From: a virus
Lineage: Duplodnaviria; Caudoviricetes
IMG/VR virus record: IMGVR_UViG_3300021494_000060
Location: 1-54,815 of that record
Strand: one strand, 5' to 3'
Length of the DNA stretch: 54,815 nucleotides
Position numbers and translations under genes: made by a program. Below, piece after piece: positions 37,255-46,757 of this stretch. The notes beneath the pieces are model-generated. The model was not told where the DNA came from, did not search any database, and saw only the letters and a program-made list of their open reading frames with translations. How positions within the stretch are numbered: position 1 is the first letter of the stretch; each line of letters opens with the position of its first letter.

Positions 37255-38085
37255 ATGAGTTCAACAGTTACAGTAATTAGTTATGCTCCATACATAGAAA
37301 TTCCGCATGTTGCTTTTCTCCATCAAGTTGCCAAAGTACGGGATAACATTATAGATTCTTCGCCGTATGCGGATTTTGAAACAATCGATATAGATAATGC
37401 CTTTCTCGGAGCAGGTTATACATTAACCAGCTTTGCTTCTTTATTTGATATGTTCGGAAAATTCATGGCTGGTTTTGATATCGAAAAGATATGGAACGAA
37501 GCATATAAAATACTGATTTCCAGCCATATAGATGATTTATCGAAAGCAGAAGCTGCTTTATTTGATGATAGAATTGAAACACAGGATTTGCCGGCTTTAT
37601 CAATTCAAATGAGGGATATTAATGCAGTAACAACCAGCACTTTTATAATCGCAAAGGCAAATATTGAAAAAAACAGGTTAAAAGCATTATCGCAGTTTAA
37701 CAATAGCCTGAGATATAACCTGGTTTCCGAAGCTCAAACAATATGGCAGGAACATTTAAACTGGAACAGAGCTGTTATTGAAAATTATGCAAAAATAATA
37801 AAAGCTTATTTTTCACAAAAACTTGATATTGAAGAATTTAACAACCACATTCTTTTGCAAGATAAACTTTGGCCGTTTACCGTTTTAGATTGGCAAAGAA
37901 ATTTTCTTGCAGCATTGCAGGGCACAACAACAACAGCATCATCTTTTAAAAAGAAAGAACCATCACAACTTGTAAAATCTGTTTCCGGTGCTGTCAGTGG
38001 TGCATCAGCTGGTACAGCAATTTCACCAGGTTGGGGAACTGTAATAGGAGCTGTAATTGGATTCGCACTTTCCTTCCTTGATTAA
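37255..38085 (+). CDS. Putative ejection protein, paralogue B
   Basis: Glycine zipper GASAGTAISPGWGTVIGAVIG. Confidence 0.65.
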   Translation: MSSTVTVISYAPYIEIPHVAFLHQVAKVRDNIIDSSPYADFETIDIDNAFLGAGYTLTSFASLFDMFGKFMAGFDIEKIWNEAYKILISSHIDDLSKAEAALFDDRIETQDLPALSIQMRDINAVTTSTFIIAKANIEKNRLKALSQFNNSLRYNLVSEAQTIWQEHLNWNRAVIENYAKIIKAYFSQKLDIEEFNNHILLQDKLWPFTVLDWQRNFLAALQGTTTTASSFKKKEPSQLVKSVSGAVSGASAGTAISPGWGTVIGAVIGFALSFLD

Positions 38086-38407
38086 AGATTCCAGTGATTG
38101 GGATGGCAAAACGGAACGCCGGATAAGTGAACGTAGATCGGATTTCTGTTCCTGTCATTTTAAGTTTAACGATATATTAAAAAAACATGATGCACAAATA
38201 GATGCAATTTCAAAAAATACAGTTTCAAACAAGCTTTTTTACTGGGTAATTGGCGTTTTTATTTTATGTTTTGGATGGGTTTTTGGCGTTCATCTAATAA
38301 CTTTGGTGGAGTTTAACAAAACTCAAATAGCTATTTATGAAAAAATTAATGCTGTTGCCAAAGATGTTGCTGTATTGAAAGCAGAAATAAATAAGGAGGA
38401 AAAATAA
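38057..38407 (+). CDS. Single-pass membrane protein
   Basis: WDGKTERR motif and a hydrophobic helix; start uncertain. Confidence 0.5.
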   Translation: MDSHFPSLIKDSSDWDGKTERRISERRSDFCSCHFKFNDILKKHDAQIDAISKNTVSNKLFYWVIGVFILCFGWVFGVHLITLVEFNKTQIAIYEKINAVAKDVAVLKAEINKEEK

Positions 38408-38409
38408 CT

Positions 38410-39795
38410 ATGCCATTGTTACAAAAGCCTTGGGTGAGCAGAAAGAAAATAACTAAACCGCCTGCACCCCAGTTGCCTGTACCTCAGCCTCCGGTTATAC
38501 AGCCTTCCGTACCGCTTGCGCAACCAACCGCACAATCTTCTTCTGTACCTGCTAATTCTGTGCCTTTAACTTCTTTAATGACGACACCACCGGCACAACC
38601 GGAAAGTACTTTTACTTCTGCAACCGGTCAAGAAAAAAGAACAATGCTTGACTACTGGAAACAGCCGGTTATTGGGAAAATCCCTCTTGACAGATTTACA
38701 GGCTTAATGGGCGGCATTGCCTATGCACTTGCTCCTGAAACCCCACAGGGCAGACTTGGAAGATTTCTCGGAGAAACAGGGCAAAGAATGTATGAAACAA
38801 GATTGGACAGAGAACTTGGCGCTGCTGATCTTGCTGAAAAAAGACGATATGAAGAAGCTAAAACTGCAAAAGAAAGGCAGTACGAGGAAGCTAAAACTGC
38901 AAAAGAATGGGAACGGGGTGCACCTGCAAGAGCGTTAGAACAAAGATTAGGAGAAGCAAAAATATCTGCAATTGAGAAAGGTAATATTAGGGAACAGTTC
39001 ATATCAGCATATATGAAAGATAATCCAGGAGCGACATTCAAAGAAGCATTAAATGCCTATACTGATGCAACAACAAGATTCAGACCTGTATCGGCAACTG
39101 CTGGCAGAACAGACGTTCCGTATAAACTTACAGACAAAGAAGCGTTTAGAAATCTTTTTTCGTCAATGAGCGCAAAAAATTCGGCCTTTGATGAAGCTAC
39201 AAACTCCTTTATTGTTGAAACAGATAAAAAAGGTAATATCCCTGAAGATATTAAACGGGCTTTAGAGGCAAGCGGGTTTTATTATAATATATCAAAAGAT
39301 ATAAAAGTAACAGATAAGCCGGGATGGTTTACCGGTGATAAATATGCAAGACAGATTTATCTTGGCAGTTTCAGCCCTGAAAAAGCAATGGCTTATCAAT
39401 CTGCAAAACAGGCTGCAATAGAAGCACAGGCAAAACAGGCAGATGCTTTTAGAAAAAAAGGCTGGTCTGAAGTATATAATAAAAAAACGGGAGAAATGGG
39501 CTGGGAAGATAAGGAAGGCAATATTTACGATGCACAAGGGAATAAAATTGAATTTCAACCAGAACAACCAGAACCTGCTTTAACCGAGCCTGTTTCAACT
39601 AAACCCACGCCAATAAGTGGAATGGAGAAAAACATAAAAGGATTCAGAATTGTTAATGGCAAGACCGTTCCTATATCTGAAAAAGAAATGGCAAAAAGAA
39701 GGCGCAAAGCAGGTGTCGAAAACTTAAGAATACCGGCACGTTTACCTGCTCAAATGGCATTGGGAGAAATACCTTTTAACTGGAAGGGAAGATGA
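38410..39795 (+). CDS. Putative ejection protein
   Basis: AAGGAGG RBS; P-rich N-terminus, coiled coils. Confidence 0.55.
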   Translation: MPLLQKPWVSRKKITKPPAPQLPVPQPPVIQPSVPLAQPTAQSSSVPANSVPLTSLMTTPPAQPESTFTSATGQEKRTMLDYWKQPVIGKIPLDRFTGLMGGIAYALAPETPQGRLGRFLGETGQRMYETRLDRELGAADLAEKRRYEEAKTAKERQYEEAKTAKEWERGAPARALEQRLGEAKISAIEKGNIREQFISAYMKDNPGATFKEALNAYTDATTRFRPVSATAGRTDVPYKLTDKEAFRNLFSSMSAKNSAFDEATNSFIVETDKKGNIPEDIKRALEASGFYYNISKDIKVTDKPGWFTGDKYARQIYLGSFSPEKAMAYQSAKQAAIEAQAKQADAFRKKGWSEVYNKKTGEMGWEDKEGNIYDAQGNKIEFQPEQPEPALTEPVSTKPTPISGMEKNIKGFRIVNGKTVPISEKEMAKRRRKAGVENLRIPARLPAQMALGEIPFNWKGR

Positions 39796-42700
39796 TAAAA
39801 ATGCCTGACGAAAAATCAGACTGGATAAAACTTGGTGATCTTGCGCAGAGAAAACAACCTGGAACATTACCGGAAGCTGTTCATAATGATAGGACGGACT
39901 GGGTAAAAGGCACTAAACCTGTAGATTTTATTCCAGAAACTGAAAAGCCTGATGCCTCATGGAATATTGCCAGAGGCTTAAAGTCGGGATTACTGACTAC
40001 AGCCGCAACATTGCCTGCGTTACAATCAATGGCTTTCCAGGCAGGAGGCTTGAAAACAGCAGCGGAAGAATCGGCAAAAACCGCTCAGATCTTTTCAAAA
40101 GAAGCAGAAAAATATCAGCCTGACACTTCGTTTAAAGAGCTGGCAAAAGACCCGTCATGGCATGGATTGCTTGATTATGGTTTATATACTCTTGGTTCTT
40201 TGTTGCCAAGCGCGATGTTTGGTTTGGGAGGCGGCGCAATAGGTGAAAAAGCTGCAACAAAATTAATCTCACGGAAAACTCTTGAAAATCTTGCAAAAAA
40301 GAATCTCGCTAAAGGGTTAACAAAAGAAGCTGCTGTAGAAGCCGCTGTTAATACAATTGCAAAAAGAGGCGCAGCGGCTGGTATTATCGGCTCAACAGCC
40401 GCTTTTGAAGGAACGGGGATGTATCTTACCGATTATGAAAAACATGGTAGAGATGCCCGTGTCCTTCCACATGTACTTGGCGGGTTAGCTGCTGGTGCAG
40501 TAGAACTTGGTCTTGGCGGAGTAGAATTAGGTCTTGTAAAAAAAATGTTTGGCAGAACTGCTGCTAAAGTAGCTGCTAAAAATCCTGAAATCGGTAAAAG
40601 TCTTTTGCACAAAGCAGCAGGAATAGTAAAAGAATCGGCAGGTGAAGCAGCAGAAGAATTAACTCAGGAAGAAATTGCAATCCTGAATGAAATGTATGTT
40701 GCCAAGCCTGGTGAAAAAACAGTAACACCGTTATCAAAAGAAGGTTTATGGAGAGCAGCAGAAGCAAGTGCAGCAGGTTTTATAGGAGGTGTGCCGTTAA
40801 GTACGCTAAGTGCGGCAATGCCAACAAAAGAACAGGAAACTGAACAAGAAACTGATAATCTTATTAACAGGCAGCGTGCAGAAGATGATTTAAGAACGAA
40901 AATAACAAAGAGTGCAGTTGATGAATATGTTAATGAAGCCAGCGCAGGTGTTAAGTTCCGTCCTGCTCCAAGACCTTCCACAGCAGAAGAAGCTGCAAGA
41001 GTTTTTGAAAGAGAACTTCCGCCCGATGTACGCAGTGCAAGAGAAGCCGCAGAGACTTTTATAAAGGAAGGAACAACAATTGAAAGAGCGGCTAAAGAAC
41101 GGCAGCGTATAATTGATAAAACATATCTGCCTGCTGAAGAAGAAGCTGACAGAAGAAAACTTGCTGAAGAACAAAGACGTAAGGCTATTAAAGAACGTGA
41201 AGGAGGAATTTATGAAGTACCGGAAAAAGGGTTTGAATTTCCAGTCATTGAAGAAGAAAAAAAAGAAGAGCCTGAAACAGTCAAAAACGAAATAGCAGGT
41301 ATTGAAAAACAGATCAAGGAAAGAACAGAACGGCTTGCGGCTGAAACTAAAGGACGAAAAAGATCAGAATTGGCAAGAGAATTGTCGGTTCTGCATAAAA
41401 ACCTTGCAGATAAAATGGCTTCGTTAGCAGAAATCAAAAGAGGTAGTAGAGAAGCTCCTGAAAAAGGAGTAAAGTTTGCATCTTCTTTTAAAGAAATCGA
41501 GATACCTCCTGAACTTCCTGATCTTGAAGGCACAAACAAGCAGAAAAATTGGGCTTATGATATTCGTTCTGAATATGTTACAAGAATGAACGAATTAACC
41601 GGCAGAATGATGAAAACCTTTCTGGGAAGAACAGTAGGGGTTTCACCCCTAAAACCCCAGTTTAATTATGATAGATTCAAGCAGATTGCAGAAGAAAAAG
41701 CTAAAAATACTGATGCGTCATGGTGGATAGATAATCGGAATAAACTCAAAATAAAAGACTTGATAAAAGAAGCCAGAACACCTTCAAGAATATCTGATAA
41801 ACTTCAAAAAGCCAAAGAAGATATTGAATTCGCAGAAATTACAGAAGGAAGCCCGAAACAGATTAAATGGGCGGGAAAAATACGGTCGGATGCCATAGGT
41901 AATATATTAGGTACTTCAAAAGAAAAAACAGAAGAAGAAGCAGACGCGTTAGATATTGAAAATTTTGAATATGACAGTTTCATTGAATTTCTAAAAACAA
42001 AAGTATTTAATAATACTTCTGCAAAATGGTGGATAGACAACAGAAGCAGCCTTAACATATATGATTTGTTAGACAATATGGAGGATGAGTATAATAAATG
42101 GGTTGATGAAACTAAAACCAAAACTAAGACTGAAGAAAAACCTAAAGTTGAACCAGAGCCTAAAATTAAAACTGAACCAGAACCAGAACCTGAACCTGAA
42201 ATTGAAGATAGCACTGTCAGTGTTGAAATGTCTGCAAAAGAAGCAGAAACATTGACATTAAAAGAACAGAAAAAATATCTGCTTGCCGAAATTGAAAAAG
42301 CTAAAGAACAGGCATCAGATGAAAAGCCTGAGCCAATTCCTTTAAAGCTCCAAAAGGCTATAAAGAAATCAGGCCGAACAGATAAAAAAAACACTGCTAT
42401 AGATGCTATAGATAAGATATATGAAAGGAACAAGGCCAGATTTGGAACAATAACAATAGAAGTTCCGGGCGATGGTGATTTTACCATTATAAACACAAAA
42501 CAGTCGTTAGATGAATTTAAGAAAAAAGCAAAAAAATTTCCGGAAACAGAAGAAATGCCGGAAACTCTCGTTAAAGAGCTTCCAAAATTAAAACCTTCAG
42601 AAAAAAGAGTCTCCGGTGAAGGTATAAGTTATTACAATCCTTTCAGAGTAAGAAAAAGAACATTAAAGGCTTTACCTGTAGATACACAAAAGAATAAATG

Positions 42701-43352
42701 GGATAAAAAGAACAGGCTTTATTATTCAAGCGGACTTATTATTAAGCTTGACAAAGCGCCTAACGTAAAAATTTCTGATAAAGAATCTGTAATTCCAGTA
42801 GAAAATCTTGAAGAAAATGCACCAGATCCGGCAAGCATTAAAGGTGAGGCATCAATACAGCTTGAAATACCTGTTGCAGATGTTGTTTCTGCTGATGAAA
42901 AGACACATATTTATATATCGGCAGAATATGCTGATATAATGTTGACTCGTTATCCAGATGCAAAGATATTTATAGGAGATATAAATGAGCCTGTTGTATT
43001 TAAAGTAGATGATAAATTTGCAGGCGCTATAATGCCTATGGCAATTTATAGCCAGCCTGTTCTTGATGAATTGCTGGAAGGATACGAAAGATTAAAAAAA
43101 TCTGAAGCTGTTCCAAAAGAAAGAAAAGAATCTAAAAAAGAATCTAAAAAAGAATCTGAAAAATCTGCCGTTCCTGAAGTCAAGCCCAATATTGATATCC
43201 ACAGCCTGCCAATCGAAGATATAACAGTCAATCTTGAAGCAATAAGGGAAAAAACAGGAGAAAAAATAATAATCAAAGATACGGCTGCAAATGCTTTTAA
43301 AGATATTGAAGATCGTATTGAAAAATACTTACAAGTACTGGAGTGTTTATAA
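39792..43352 (+). CDS. Large polyvalent / ejection protein, 1186 aa
   Basis: G/A-rich N-terminal region (EAAEELTQE), two EG..KQ..WA..IR...WWIDNR domains, PE repeats. Confidence 0.75.
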   Translation: MIKMPDEKSDWIKLGDLAQRKQPGTLPEAVHNDRTDWVKGTKPVDFIPETEKPDASWNIARGLKSGLLTTAATLPALQSMAFQAGGLKTAAEESAKTAQIFSKEAEKYQPDTSFKELAKDPSWHGLLDYGLYTLGSLLPSAMFGLGGGAIGEKAATKLISRKTLENLAKKNLAKGLTKEAAVEAAVNTIAKRGAAAGIIGSTAAFEGTGMYLTDYEKHGRDARVLPHVLGGLAAGAVELGLGGVELGLVKKMFGRTAAKVAAKNPEIGKSLLHKAAGIVKESAGEAAEELTQEEIAILNEMYVAKPGEKTVTPLSKEGLWRAAEASAAGFIGGVPLSTLSAAMPTKEQETEQETDNLINRQRAEDDLRTKITKSAVDEYVNEASAGVKFRPAPRPSTAEEAARVFERELPPDVRSAREAAETFIKEGTTIERAAKERQRIIDKTYLPAEEEADRRKLAEEQRRKAIKEREGGIYEVPEKGFEFPVIEEEKKEEPETVKNEIAGIEKQIKERTERLAAETKGRKRSELARELSVLHKNLADKMASLAEIKRGSREAPEKGVKFASSFKEIEIPPELPDLEGTNKQKNWAYDIRSEYVTRMNELTGRMMKTFLGRTVGVSPLKPQFNYDRFKQIAEEKAKNTDASWWIDNRNKLKIKDLIKEARTPSRISDKLQKAKEDIEFAEITEGSPKQIKWAGKIRSDAIGNILGTSKEKTEEEADALDIENFEYDSFIEFLKTKVFNNTSAKWWIDNRSSLNIYDLLDNMEDEYNKWVDETKTKTKTEEKPKVEPEPKIKTEPEPEPEPEIEDSTVSVEMSAKEAETLTLKEQKKYLLAEIEKAKEQASDEKPEPIPLKLQKAIKKSGRTDKKNTAIDAIDKIYERNKARFGTITIEVPGDGDFTIINTKQSLDEFKKKAKKFPETEEMPETLVKELPKLKPSEKRVSGEGISYYNPFRVRKRTLKALPVDTQKNKWDKKNRLYYSSGLIIKLDKAPNVKISDKESVIPVENLEENAPDPASIKGEASIQLEIPVADVVSADEKTHIYISAEYADIMLTRYPDAKIFIGDINEPVVFKVDDKFAGAIMPMAIYSQPVLDELLEGYERLKKSEAVPKERKESKKESKKESEKSAVPEVKPNIDIHSLPIEDITVNLEAIREKTGEKIIIKDTAANAFKDIEDRIEKYLQVLECL
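41627..41662. repeat. Dispersed hairpin element in frame inside a CDS
   Basis: 35/36 identical to the reverse complement of 15000-15035; encodes RTVGVSPLKPQ. Confidence 0.9.
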
Positions 43353-43412
43353 TAGGGGGTAAACCATAGGGGTTTCACCCCTATAACCCCAACAACCCCC
43401 TATAACCCCCGA
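43352..43412. repeat. Dispersed hairpin element cluster
   Basis: TAGGGGTTTCACCCCTATAACCCC plus partial units. Confidence 0.85.
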
Positions 43413-43424
43413 TAGGAACAGGCC

Positions 43425-43772
43425 ATGAGAGTATTAACAGAACAGGATTTGCAAAAAAGAGGCAATGTTGTTACAGTAAGCGGAAAGGCTTTAAAAAAAC
43501 AGCTTGAACCGCTTAAGCTAAAAAAGTCAGGGGGAAAGAATAATTCTCCTATTATTAATAGTGATCCTGAAATAAAAAAACTTGTCAAAATGCTGACTGA
43601 TTCCATTGCAGAACATACCACTGATATAAAAGCATTGATACAGACTGTTCAAAAGATGCAGATTTGTGTTAATCCTGAGATAATAATGCCGCAGGCAGCA
43701 AAAGAATGGGAATTTGTAATTGATACTGATTTTCATGGCACAAAGAAAATAACAGCAAAAAGAAAGAAGTAA
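43425..43772 (+). CDS. Hypothetical protein
   Basis: ORF in the late operon. Confidence 0.6.
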   Translation: MRVLTEQDLQKRGNVVTVSGKALKKQLEPLKLKKSGGKNNSPIINSDPEIKKLVKMLTDSIAEHTTDIKALIQTVQKMQICVNPEIIMPQAAKEWEFVIDTDFHGTKKITAKRKK

Positions 43773-43775
43773 AAA

Positions 43776-44138
43776 ATGGATATCCATGTTTTACAATGTT
43801 CAAAAGATTTGAAAACCGTTAGGGTTGTATTTCATTATGCAGTGCCGGAAGGAAATAACCAGGCTGGCATTGCATGGCAGGATGCAATAGTTATGGAAAA
43901 AGGCGGAGCAGATAATATTAATTCTGTTCTCGTTGGCATAGATGCTGATGAACTCGCTAATATGAAAACAGGAGCTTTGGTTGAATCGGTAGAAACAGTA
44001 AGGTTTTCGTCTATAAATTTAACCAATACAGAACGCTTGCAGGAGATCAAAGATAAGTACAATGAATGTAAAAACAAGTTTTTTGAAGACAAACAAACTG
44101 AATTAGATTTCATGGGGTATTCGACAAATGGCAACTGA
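43776..44138 (+). CDS. Hypothetical virion-associated protein
   Basis: ORF coupled to the next gene. Confidence 0.6.
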   Translation: MDIHVLQCSKDLKTVRVVFHYAVPEGNNQAGIAWQDAIVMEKGGADNINSVLVGIDADELANMKTGALVESVETVRFSSINLTNTERLQEIKDKYNECKNKFFEDKQTELDFMGYSTNGN

Positions 44139-44574
44139 AAAAAGATGGACAGCGTATGATTCGTTACAAACGTATCTAACGACTGAATTAAACAGTTTGG
44201 CTAATAACGGTCTTGTTCTTGGTTCAGCCATTGATTTTACGGCATCCGGTACAGACCGGAAGTTATATATAGACATAGAATTATACTTGGCCTCGATAGA
44301 TTTATCGTCGCAAGATAATCCGGCTGCATATATTTGGCTACTTCGCAGAACAGATGGCACTAATTTCGAGGATGGCGGTGCGTCTATTACACCGGCACGA
44401 ATGCCTGATGATATTATTCCATTGCGGGAAGCTAATGCTGCACAGAGAGTATCTGGTAAAGTTATAACAGTGCCTGATCAAGGTAAAATATTAATAAAGA
44501 ACGAATCCGGTGTTACATGGGCGTCAAGCGGCAATACATTGAAATATAACATCTATTCAATACAGGATGCTTAA
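44128..44574 (+). CDS. Putative virion structural protein
   Basis: LNSLANN...DGTNFEDG...SGNTLKY beta protein. Confidence 0.6.
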   Translation: MATEKRWTAYDSLQTYLTTELNSLANNGLVLGSAIDFTASGTDRKLYIDIELYLASIDLSSQDNPAAYIWLLRRTDGTNFEDGGASITPARMPDDIIPLREANAAQRVSGKVITVPDQGKILIKNESGVTWASSGNTLKYNIYSIQDA

Positions 44575-46511
44575 TGTTCCGATATTGTAGATTACAAAAT
44601 CCAACCAAAAAGCCTCCTTATGGAAGCATAATTGACACACGGCATCCATTAGCGCAAGGGTTAATAGGCTGCTGGGCATTCAATGAACACGGCGGAAACA
44701 TGGCTTTTGACTGCGCCGGCCAGAATCATTTCACGCTGTATAATACAGACTGGAATGTTGACGGCGTATTGTTTAATTCGGCGTCTGACTATGGCAGGAA
44801 AACCAATCCTGCCAATATAGGCGGGTTTCCTAATGGGTTTAGTATAACAGTTATATTAACGCCTGCGGCATTGGATACACGCTGTAGTTTTGTCCAGCAT
44901 TATGACACAACGGATAACCAGCGGGCTTTCTTCGTAGAATATGATTTTGAAGATAATAGAATCCGTGTGTTTTTATCAGGGGATGGTGTTAATTATTATG
45001 TTTCACAGCATGAAAACCCTTTAGAAGTCAATAAAGAAACTATTTTTACTGTTACATGGACGCCTGGTAATTTTCCAATTCTTTATGCTGATGGTATCTT
45101 AAAAAATACGTTACATACAGACGGAACGCCAACATCCACCATATTTGATTCTACAGCTCCGTTAGATATAGGCAGGAGTACGTATAGTACAAGCAGAGCT
45201 TTTCCTGGCACAATCCATCTTGTTTTAATACATGATTTAACATTGCCGGAGATATTAACCAGAAGCCTGCATAACTATAAATATTCTTTATTTGAAGACC
45301 CTTTTATATCTTATTTTTGCGATTTTGGTGCTGCTGCTCCAAGCAATATTATTAAAGTTTTAAATGATACGTCCAGCAGTTCTGATGTTGTCAAGCATGT
45401 ACTTGATATAGCAAAAATTCTTAGCGATACATCAGGCAGTTCAGATGCAGTAAATCATGCGCTTAATATAATAAATATATTGAGCGATACGGCTGATAGT
45501 TCTGATGCTGTAAGTCATGTTCTTGATATAACAGGGGTTCTTAATGATTCGGCCGCCGGTTCAGATGTTGTCAATCATGTTCTTGATATAATAAAAGTCT
45601 TTTCCGATTCAACCGGAAGTACAGAAACCTTTAACCATGTTCTTGATATTGTTAAGATTCTTAATAACACTGCTGACAGTTCTGATGCTGTTAATCATGT
45701 ACTTGGAATAATAAGAACCTTTCTTGATACCACTGATAGTTCCGATACTGTCAACCATGCTCTTGGCCTGATAAAAATATTTATTGATACCGCTGACAGT
45801 TCTGATACGCTCAATCATGTTCTTGATATAATAAAAGCTTTCAGCGATGCTGCTATCAGTTCTGACACTTTCAATCACGTTTTTGATATTGTTAAGATTC
45901 TTGATGAAACTGCCGCTGGTTCTGATACTGTCAACCATGTTCTCGGGATAGTTAAAACAATTGTTGATACCGCTGATAGTTCCGATGTTGTTAATCATGT
46001 TCTCGGGCTAATAAAAGTCTTTTCCGGTTCAGCCGGCAGTTCCGATACCATCAATCATGTTATTGATATTATCAGAGTTTTAAATAACACTGCTATCAGT
46101 TCCGGTACTGTCAACCATGTTCTTGATATAATAAAAATTCTCAATGATGCTGCTGCTGGTTCTGACACTCTCAATCACGTGCTTGGCATTGTCAGGGTTC
46201 TTAATAATTCAGCCGCTGGTTCAGACGCTGTCAATCATGTTCTCGGGCTAACAAGAACCATTATCAACTCTGCTGTCAGTTCTGATACTGAAAATCATGT
46301 TATTTCAATAACAGGTGATATTCTAACTGCATTGGCTGAAATTAAATCAGTGGTTGATGCTAATAATGTTCTTTTAACAGAACTCTGGAGATTACAGGGG
46401 CTTGATATATCCAACCCAATGACGGTTACTCCGACTTCAAGAACAGTTGGCAGTATATCACAGACAATATCTGGGGATGGTAAAACTATCACTACTGTAA
46501 CAAGAAACTAA
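44574..46511 (+). CDS. LamG/concanavalin-like domain fibre protein with 16 x 20-aa repeats
   Basis: HPLAQGLIGCW.FNE.GG, LYADG, PLDIGR (LamG-like); 60-bp periodic repeat at 45348-46307. Confidence 0.8.
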   Translation: MFRYCRLQNPTKKPPYGSIIDTRHPLAQGLIGCWAFNEHGGNMAFDCAGQNHFTLYNTDWNVDGVLFNSASDYGRKTNPANIGGFPNGFSITVILTPAALDTRCSFVQHYDTTDNQRAFFVEYDFEDNRIRVFLSGDGVNYYVSQHENPLEVNKETIFTVTWTPGNFPILYADGILKNTLHTDGTPTSTIFDSTAPLDIGRSTYSTSRAFPGTIHLVLIHDLTLPEILTRSLHNYKYSLFEDPFISYFCDFGAAAPSNIIKVLNDTSSSSDVVKHVLDIAKILSDTSGSSDAVNHALNIINILSDTADSSDAVSHVLDITGVLNDSAAGSDVVNHVLDIIKVFSDSTGSTETFNHVLDIVKILNNTADSSDAVNHVLGIIRTFLDTTDSSDTVNHALGLIKIFIDTADSSDTLNHVLDIIKAFSDAAISSDTFNHVFDIVKILDETAAGSDTVNHVLGIVKTIVDTADSSDVVNHVLGLIKVFSGSAGSSDTINHVIDIIRVLNNTAISSGTVNHVLDIIKILNDAAAGSDTLNHVLGIVRVLNNSAAGSDAVNHVLGLTRTIINSAVSSDTENHVISITGDILTALAEIKSVVDANNVLLTELWRLQGLDISNPMTVTPTSRTVGSISQTISGDGKTITTVTRN

Positions 46512-46554
46512 AATGTCTTTATTGCCAACAAGAAACTAAAATGTCTTTATTGCC
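46499..46554. repeat. Exact 28-bp tandem duplication across a stop/start junction
   Basis: AACAAGAAACTAAAATGTCTTTATTGCC twice. Confidence 0.9.
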
Positions 46555-46741
46555 GGTTGCGATAGCAACTGATGGATTAATAAAAGGTTCATTAACTCTT
46601 GGAATTGCTGTAAGAGGATTATTAAGATTCCAGGAAATACCCACGCCTGATATTCTTGGGCATCTCAGTATTGTTGATATAGATGATGAAGATTTACTTG
46701 ATGTTATTTTAATAGCTGTTTGTTACAAACTCCTTGAATAA
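46541..46741 (+). CDS. Small hypothetical protein
   Basis: AIATDG...DDEDLL pattern. Confidence 0.55.
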   Translation: MSLLPVAIATDGLIKGSLTLGIAVRGLLRFQEIPTPDILGHLSIVDIDDEDLLDVILIAVCYKLLE

Positions 46742-46757
46742 ATAAGGAAACATTTCT

